Below, piece after piece: positions 59,439-64,000 of a stretch of 64,000 nt of DNA. A program made the translations under genes and the position numbers. The notes beneath the pieces are model-generated. The model saw only the letters and a program-made list of their open reading frames with translations, made no database searches and was not told where the DNA came from. The stretch is from Macrostomum hystrix (lineage: Eukaryota > Animalia > Platyhelminthes), in contig CATNEN010000009.1 of assembly GCA_950097015.1 (NCBI GenBank), positions 992,001-1,056,000 of the forward strand, in the 5' to 3' direction. Positions within the stretch are counted from its first letter, which is position 1, and the number at the start of each line of letters is the position of its first letter.

Positions 59439-62400
59439 ATGCGTTCGACAACTACTACTATGCTTGAGCTGCTGCTTCTGCAACTGCTCGCAAGCCTCGG
59501 CTCCAGCAGCCAGCCACTGGGCTCCAACAGTCGCCTGTGCAAGACCATCACCATCACGAACGGACTGTACCAGACCCACCGGAACATCAGCCGACTGCAC
59601 GCAGAACTCAGCGCCACGGTGGCCGGATGCCAGTATTTGAATGGCGATCTCAATATCTTGAATGTCGGCGCTGATCCGACATCCGAGCAGCCTCTCGACG
59701 ACGCTATCCGTGGACTTGAGACAGACTTTCTCGACTCCATCGTTGAGATCAGCGGGCGGTTGGTCATTAAACGTGTCAACTTGAAGCGACTCACCTTGCG
59801 CAACCTGCGGTCTATACGCGGCTACAATCACGAGAATGTGAGTCCATTCTACTCAATGGAAGTCTGGCAGACGAGATACCCCACCCAACTGGAGCTGCCC
59901 AAGCTGAGCGCCATCCTGCAAGGCAGTGTCAACATGATTGGCACAGTGCATGCGGACCTGTACTGCCATTTGACTCGCAGCGTACACTGGCTGAGTCTGT
60001 TTCAAAACCCAGCGCTGCAAAAATTCATCGATGATGCCTCCCTCATGGCTCTCGGCGACCAACTAATAAGAGTCGATAAGTTCGATGAGATCGAGAGGGC
60101 CTGCAGTTCAGTACTGAATTGCAGTAGCAGCTGCCACACTGAAAGGTCTGGTCGACAGCTCTGCTGGTCCGACGGGCAAGACGGCTGCCAGAGCTTCAAC
60201 GGATGTCTCGAGCGACCGTGCCTAAATTGCTACCGACATCCCCAAACACGCACCGAGGAGTGTTGCAACACCGACTGTCTCGGCGGCTGCTCCGACCGGC
60301 CTGATGGCTGTTTCTCCTGTCGCGATGTCATTCTGCATGGGGTTTGCAAGGGCGCGTGTCCACTCAAGTCGGACCCGAACCCTGGCACAAATAGGGTCGA
60401 CAGTTTCAACTCCAGCATGAAGCGGGTGGGCCACATCTGTGTGAACAAGTGCGAGATGCCGTTTGTGACGAGCTCCAACGAAGAGCACTGCTTGAGCGAG
60501 TGTCCTCAGACTGAGTATCCGTACCAAGGTGTCTGCAAAAAATGCACCCTGTCGTCTTGCAAGTCATGCACGATCACAAAGCTAATCCTGAATGACGATG
60601 AGGCACAGAAGCTCAAGGACAGAAACTGCACGACCTGGCGAACGGACGCCTCCTTGGAAGTCAGCGGCGACAAGCTGAGCAGCAAGGCCAGTCTGATGAC
60701 ACTGGAATCACTACAAATATTTTATGGTCGCTTGTTTATCAAGAGAAGCGAAGGCCTGGTACAAAATCTAGGAATTCTCAAGAATTTAAAGTTCGTGTCG
60801 GACAACTTTGGAATTACGTTTTTAAAGACAACCTACATTGGTCTCGCCAAGCTCAGATACGCAAAGTCTCTCTTGTTTATGAGGGTGAGCGGTCTGTGCA
60901 AGGCTTGGTACCCCAGCAACAGAATTCATGAAATCATGGAGGTCACCAAGGAGTTTCCGATATCCATCAGGGACATCAGCTTCGACAACTCGAGCGAAGT
61001 GTGCCGAAATGCTGCCTGCGACCCTCAGTGCAGAGACGAGTGCTGGGGACCCGGACCGGACATGTGCGTGGCCTGCAGGAACTTCGAGGTGGACGGTCGC
61101 TGTCATGCCACGTGCAAGCATGCAGGCCGATATCAGCTAGGCTCCTCGTGTCTGCCGTGCCACAGTGAGTGCGACGGCGGCTGCAGCGGTCCGAGCGCTT
61201 CCGAGTGCGAGCGATGCCGAAACCTGAAGGAGGACGACAAGTGCGTGGCCTCCTGCAGTCGAGAAATGCGCGCGAGCTCAAAGGGCGTCTGCTACTCGGT
61301 GGCGACAGCGAGGCTCTTTGCTGTCGGCATCGGTGTCGGCCTGCTGATTCTGCTGCTGCTGCTGCTGCTGCCGCTCGCCTACCTGCACTACCGCAAGCGA
61401 ATGCGAAAGTACGAGATGGTCGACCTGGACGAGTACCTGAAGGATCCGAGCAATCCGAGCGACATGGCGAAGCTGCTGATTGTGAACGACGACGATGTGG
61501 TGAAGCAGAAGGAGATCGGCAGCGGCGCGTTCGGCACCGTGTACAAGGGCATTCTGAGGTCCAGCACAAACAAGGGTGTGCGCGAGCTGCCTGTGGCCAT
61601 CAAGGTGTTGCGCGGTCACAGTCCGAAGCTGGGACAGGAGCTGCTGAATGAGGCGAGTGTCCTGGCCAGAGTGCAGCATCCGTGCTGCATCCGGCTGGTG
61701 GCTCTGTGCCTGACCCAGGAGCCGCAGCTGATCACGGCGCTGATGCCTCGAGGCTGTCTGCTGGAGTTCCTGCGAACTCACCACAACCAAATCGGAGCGG
61801 AGCGAATGCTGCGTTGGGGCCTGCAGGTGGCAGAGGGCATGGAGTACCTGGAGTCTCTCGGCATTGTCCACCGCGACCTGGCTGCTCGAAACGTGCTGCT
61901 TCAGTCTCCGGATCAGGTCCGCATCACGGACTTCGGTCTGGCTCGCCTGCTGAACCTGTCGGAGGGCGAGTTCGTCCAGACTGCGGGCCTCCTGCCAGTG
62001 AAGTGGCTCGGCGTGGAGTGCTTCGAGTCCGGACTGTTTAGCCACAAGTCGGATGTGTGGAGCTACGGAGTGCTTCTGTGGGAGATCTGCACCTTCGGCG
62101 AGTCGCCCTACAACCCGTACGGAATTCGGTCGGTCGAGGACATCACAGGACTGCTGAAGAAGGGCATCCGACTGAACCAGCCCGACATCTGCAGCATCGA
62201 CTTCTACAACATCCTGCTGAGCTGCTGGCTGCCTCAGCCGGAGTCTCGACCGAGCTTCCGCGACTTGGTGGACACAATGACCGAGTGCCTGAATATTCCG
62301 TCCAAGTACATTGCCCAGGGCTACAGCATCGCTGATCCGGAGATGGGCACCGATGATGCCTTCGGCGATGTCAACGAGATGTCCCTGTCGTCGCTGGCGC

Positions 62401-62702
62401 AAAAGAGCGGTGGCGACCGCAGGTTCGTTTGCAGTCACGACAAGCACGGCAAGGAGCTGAATGCGTATATCTCAGACCCGACCAGCCGCTACGCACCGCA
62501 GCTGCGCCACCCTCCGGTGGGTCCAGTGAGTTCCAGCGACACCAGCGAGAGCTCCAAGCTGCTGTGCGGCCAGTTCAGTGTTCAGTCCGAGCCGGACGAC
62601 TATCTGACCCCGACATCGCCGAGCGGCGTAAATGGAAGCAGCGATGCAGCTGAAGGTTCAAACGGCGTCTTGGATGACTACCTGACGCCGAAGAAGGCTT
62701 GA
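59439..62702 (+). CDS. EGFR: EGFR/ErbB-family receptor tyrosine kinase, paralog C (1087 aa, intronless CDS)
   Basis: Same architecture as A and B. The domain IV-to-kinase protein sequence is essentially identical to B. Confidence 0.97.
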   Translation: MRSTTTTMLELLLLQLLASLGSSSQPLGSNSRLCKTITITNGLYQTHRNISRLHAELSATVAGCQYLNGDLNILNVGADPTSEQPLDDAIRGLETDFLDSIVEISGRLVIKRVNLKRLTLRNLRSIRGYNHENVSPFYSMEVWQTRYPTQLELPKLSAILQGSVNMIGTVHADLYCHLTRSVHWLSLFQNPALQKFIDDASLMALGDQLIRVDKFDEIERACSSVLNCSSSCHTERSGRQLCWSDGQDGCQSFNGCLERPCLNCYRHPQTRTEECCNTDCLGGCSDRPDGCFSCRDVILHGVCKGACPLKSDPNPGTNRVDSFNSSMKRVGHICVNKCEMPFVTSSNEEHCLSECPQTEYPYQGVCKKCTLSSCKSCTITKLILNDDEAQKLKDRNCTTWRTDASLEVSGDKLSSKASLMTLESLQIFYGRLFIKRSEGLVQNLGILKNLKFVSDNFGITFLKTTYIGLAKLRYAKSLLFMRVSGLCKAWYPSNRIHEIMEVTKEFPISIRDISFDNSSEVCRNAACDPQCRDECWGPGPDMCVACRNFEVDGRCHATCKHAGRYQLGSSCLPCHSECDGGCSGPSASECERCRNLKEDDKCVASCSREMRASSKGVCYSVATARLFAVGIGVGLLILLLLLLLPLAYLHYRKRMRKYEMVDLDEYLKDPSNPSDMAKLLIVNDDDVVKQKEIGSGAFGTVYKGILRSSTNKGVRELPVAIKVLRGHSPKLGQELLNEASVLARVQHPCCIRLVALCLTQEPQLITALMPRGCLLEFLRTHHNQIGAERMLRWGLQVAEGMEYLESLGIVHRDLAARNVLLQSPDQVRITDFGLARLLNLSEGEFVQTAGLLPVKWLGVECFESGLFSHKSDVWSYGVLLWEICTFGESPYNPYGIRSVEDITGLLKKGIRLNQPDICSIDFYNILLSCWLPQPESRPSFRDLVDTMTECLNIPSKYIAQGYSIADPEMGTDDAFGDVNEMSLSSLAQKSGGDRRFVCSHDKHGKELNAYISDPTSRYAPQLRHPPVGPVSSSDTSESSKLLCGQFSVQSEPDDYLTPTSPSGVNGSSDAAEGSNGVLDDYLTPKKA

Positions 62703-63364
62703 GCCTCTGGACTCTCTGTTTCGTGAGTTTGAAGTTGCAGTGGCGTAAATGACTGATTTATTTGTAACACATTTATTTGCTGCATAGCTACCTAGGTTTC
62801 ATTGGCTACCGGCCAGACAGATTCGGATATACTTTTGTTTTACTTACTCGATACGCTCGAAAATGGGAAGAATTCATCGCTAATACCCGATGTTGAATTG
62901 AATTTTAACGTACAGTTTTTCTATAACACTGTGAGTATGGCAATAGCCCATGCAAGGGTCATCGCCGGAACTTCGTGATTCAGGCATGTTTGCTGTCAGC
63001 TGTCAGCTGAGTGGTAACTTCCCAACCTTTTCAGAAGAAATATCTCCCCTTGCCGTAGAGATTTCGCTTATGTATAATATACTACGCAATACCGAATCGA
63101 GTTTGTTAATCCTAATCCCTTTTTTCCTCGATCCAGGCGCTGTATAATGTACCAGAACTCATTTTTTTAATCTAAGGACTTTGTACGCTACATTCGCTTA
63201 CATTAAAGCAGTACTTTAATCACTTTCTCTTGAGTTGCCATTTGAGCAGTAATGTTTGTATAAATGCAAAAATTTGTATTTGTATAAATGTTTGTATAAA
63301 ATAAAATAAGCATTTTATTATTTGTGTCTCACACTCGGCCGAAAAAATAAACAATGCGTGCCGT

Positions 63365-64000
63365 ACACTCATGAATGCTGACTTCAGGGCTAGGACACTC
63401 ATGAATGCTGACTTCAGGGCTAGGACACTCATGAATGCTGACTTCAGGGCTAGGACACTCATGAATGCTGACTTCAGGGCCAGGACACTCATGAATGCTG
63501 ACTTCAGGGCTAGGACACTCATGAATGCTGACTTCAGGGCTAGGACACTCATGAATGCTGACTTCAGGGCTAGGACACTCATGAATGCTGACTTCAGGGC
63601 TAGGACACTCATGAATGCTGACTTCAGGGCCAGGACACTCATGAATGCTGACTTCAGGGCCAGGACACTCATGAATGCTGACTTCAGGGCCAGGACACTC
63701 ATGAATGCTGACTTCAGGGCTAGGACACTCATGAATGCTGACTTCAGGGCTAGGACACTCATGAATGCTGACTTCAGGACTAGGACACTCATGAATGCTG
63801 ACTTCAGGGCTAGGACACTCATGAATGCTGACTTCAGGGCTAGGACACTCATGAATGCTGACTTCAGGGCTAGGACACTCATGAATGCTGACTTCAGGGC
63901 TAGGACACTCATGAATGCTGACTTCAGGGCCAGGACACTCATGAATGCTGACTTCAGGGCCAGGACACTCATGAATGCTGACTTCAGGGCCAGGACACTC
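63365..64000. repeat. 30-bp minisatellite, at least 21 copies, truncated by the window edge
   Basis: Unit ACACTCATGAATGCTGACTTCAGGG(C)(T/C)AGG. Confidence 0.97.

Noticed and set aside
44972-62702. B and C as mere allelic haplotigs or an assembly duplication
   Set aside because: Their L1, L2, tails, UTRs and flanks differ far too much for alleles, and they sit 14.5 kb apart around a distinct gene. Artefactual homogenisation of the kinase tract alone still needs read-level exclusion.

Overview
Eukaryotic, intron-containing and minisatellite-rich invertebrate DNA. The GC3-high exons, short introns and expanded EGFRs suggest a free-living flatworm such as Macrostomum, but this is inference only. 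Left to right: a 5-exon phospholipid scramblase (-) with an intronless RPL18A nested antisense in an intron; a hAT MITE; three tandem 3-exon genes for secreted PAN/Apple-like + LamG-like proteins; an 8-exon NRBP-like pseudokinase (-) with a long Cys-rich C-terminal extension; three EGFR-family receptor kinases with intronless CDSs (A -, B +, C +); and a 3-exon secreted protein with two copies of an unnamed ~200-aa domain between B and C. There are also a tRNA-derived SINE family, a decayed LINE endonuclease and ~12 kb of tandem arrays with unrelated units. The strongest signal is in the EGFRs: they share a nearly nucleotide-identical domain IV/TM/kinase module, while the ligand-binding L1 and L2 domains and the C-tails are strongly diverged. 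The PAN-LamG genes show a parallel constant/variable mosaic. This suggests domain-restricted gene conversion maintaining a constant signalling module under variable recognition surfaces. All identities were judged by eye, not computed.
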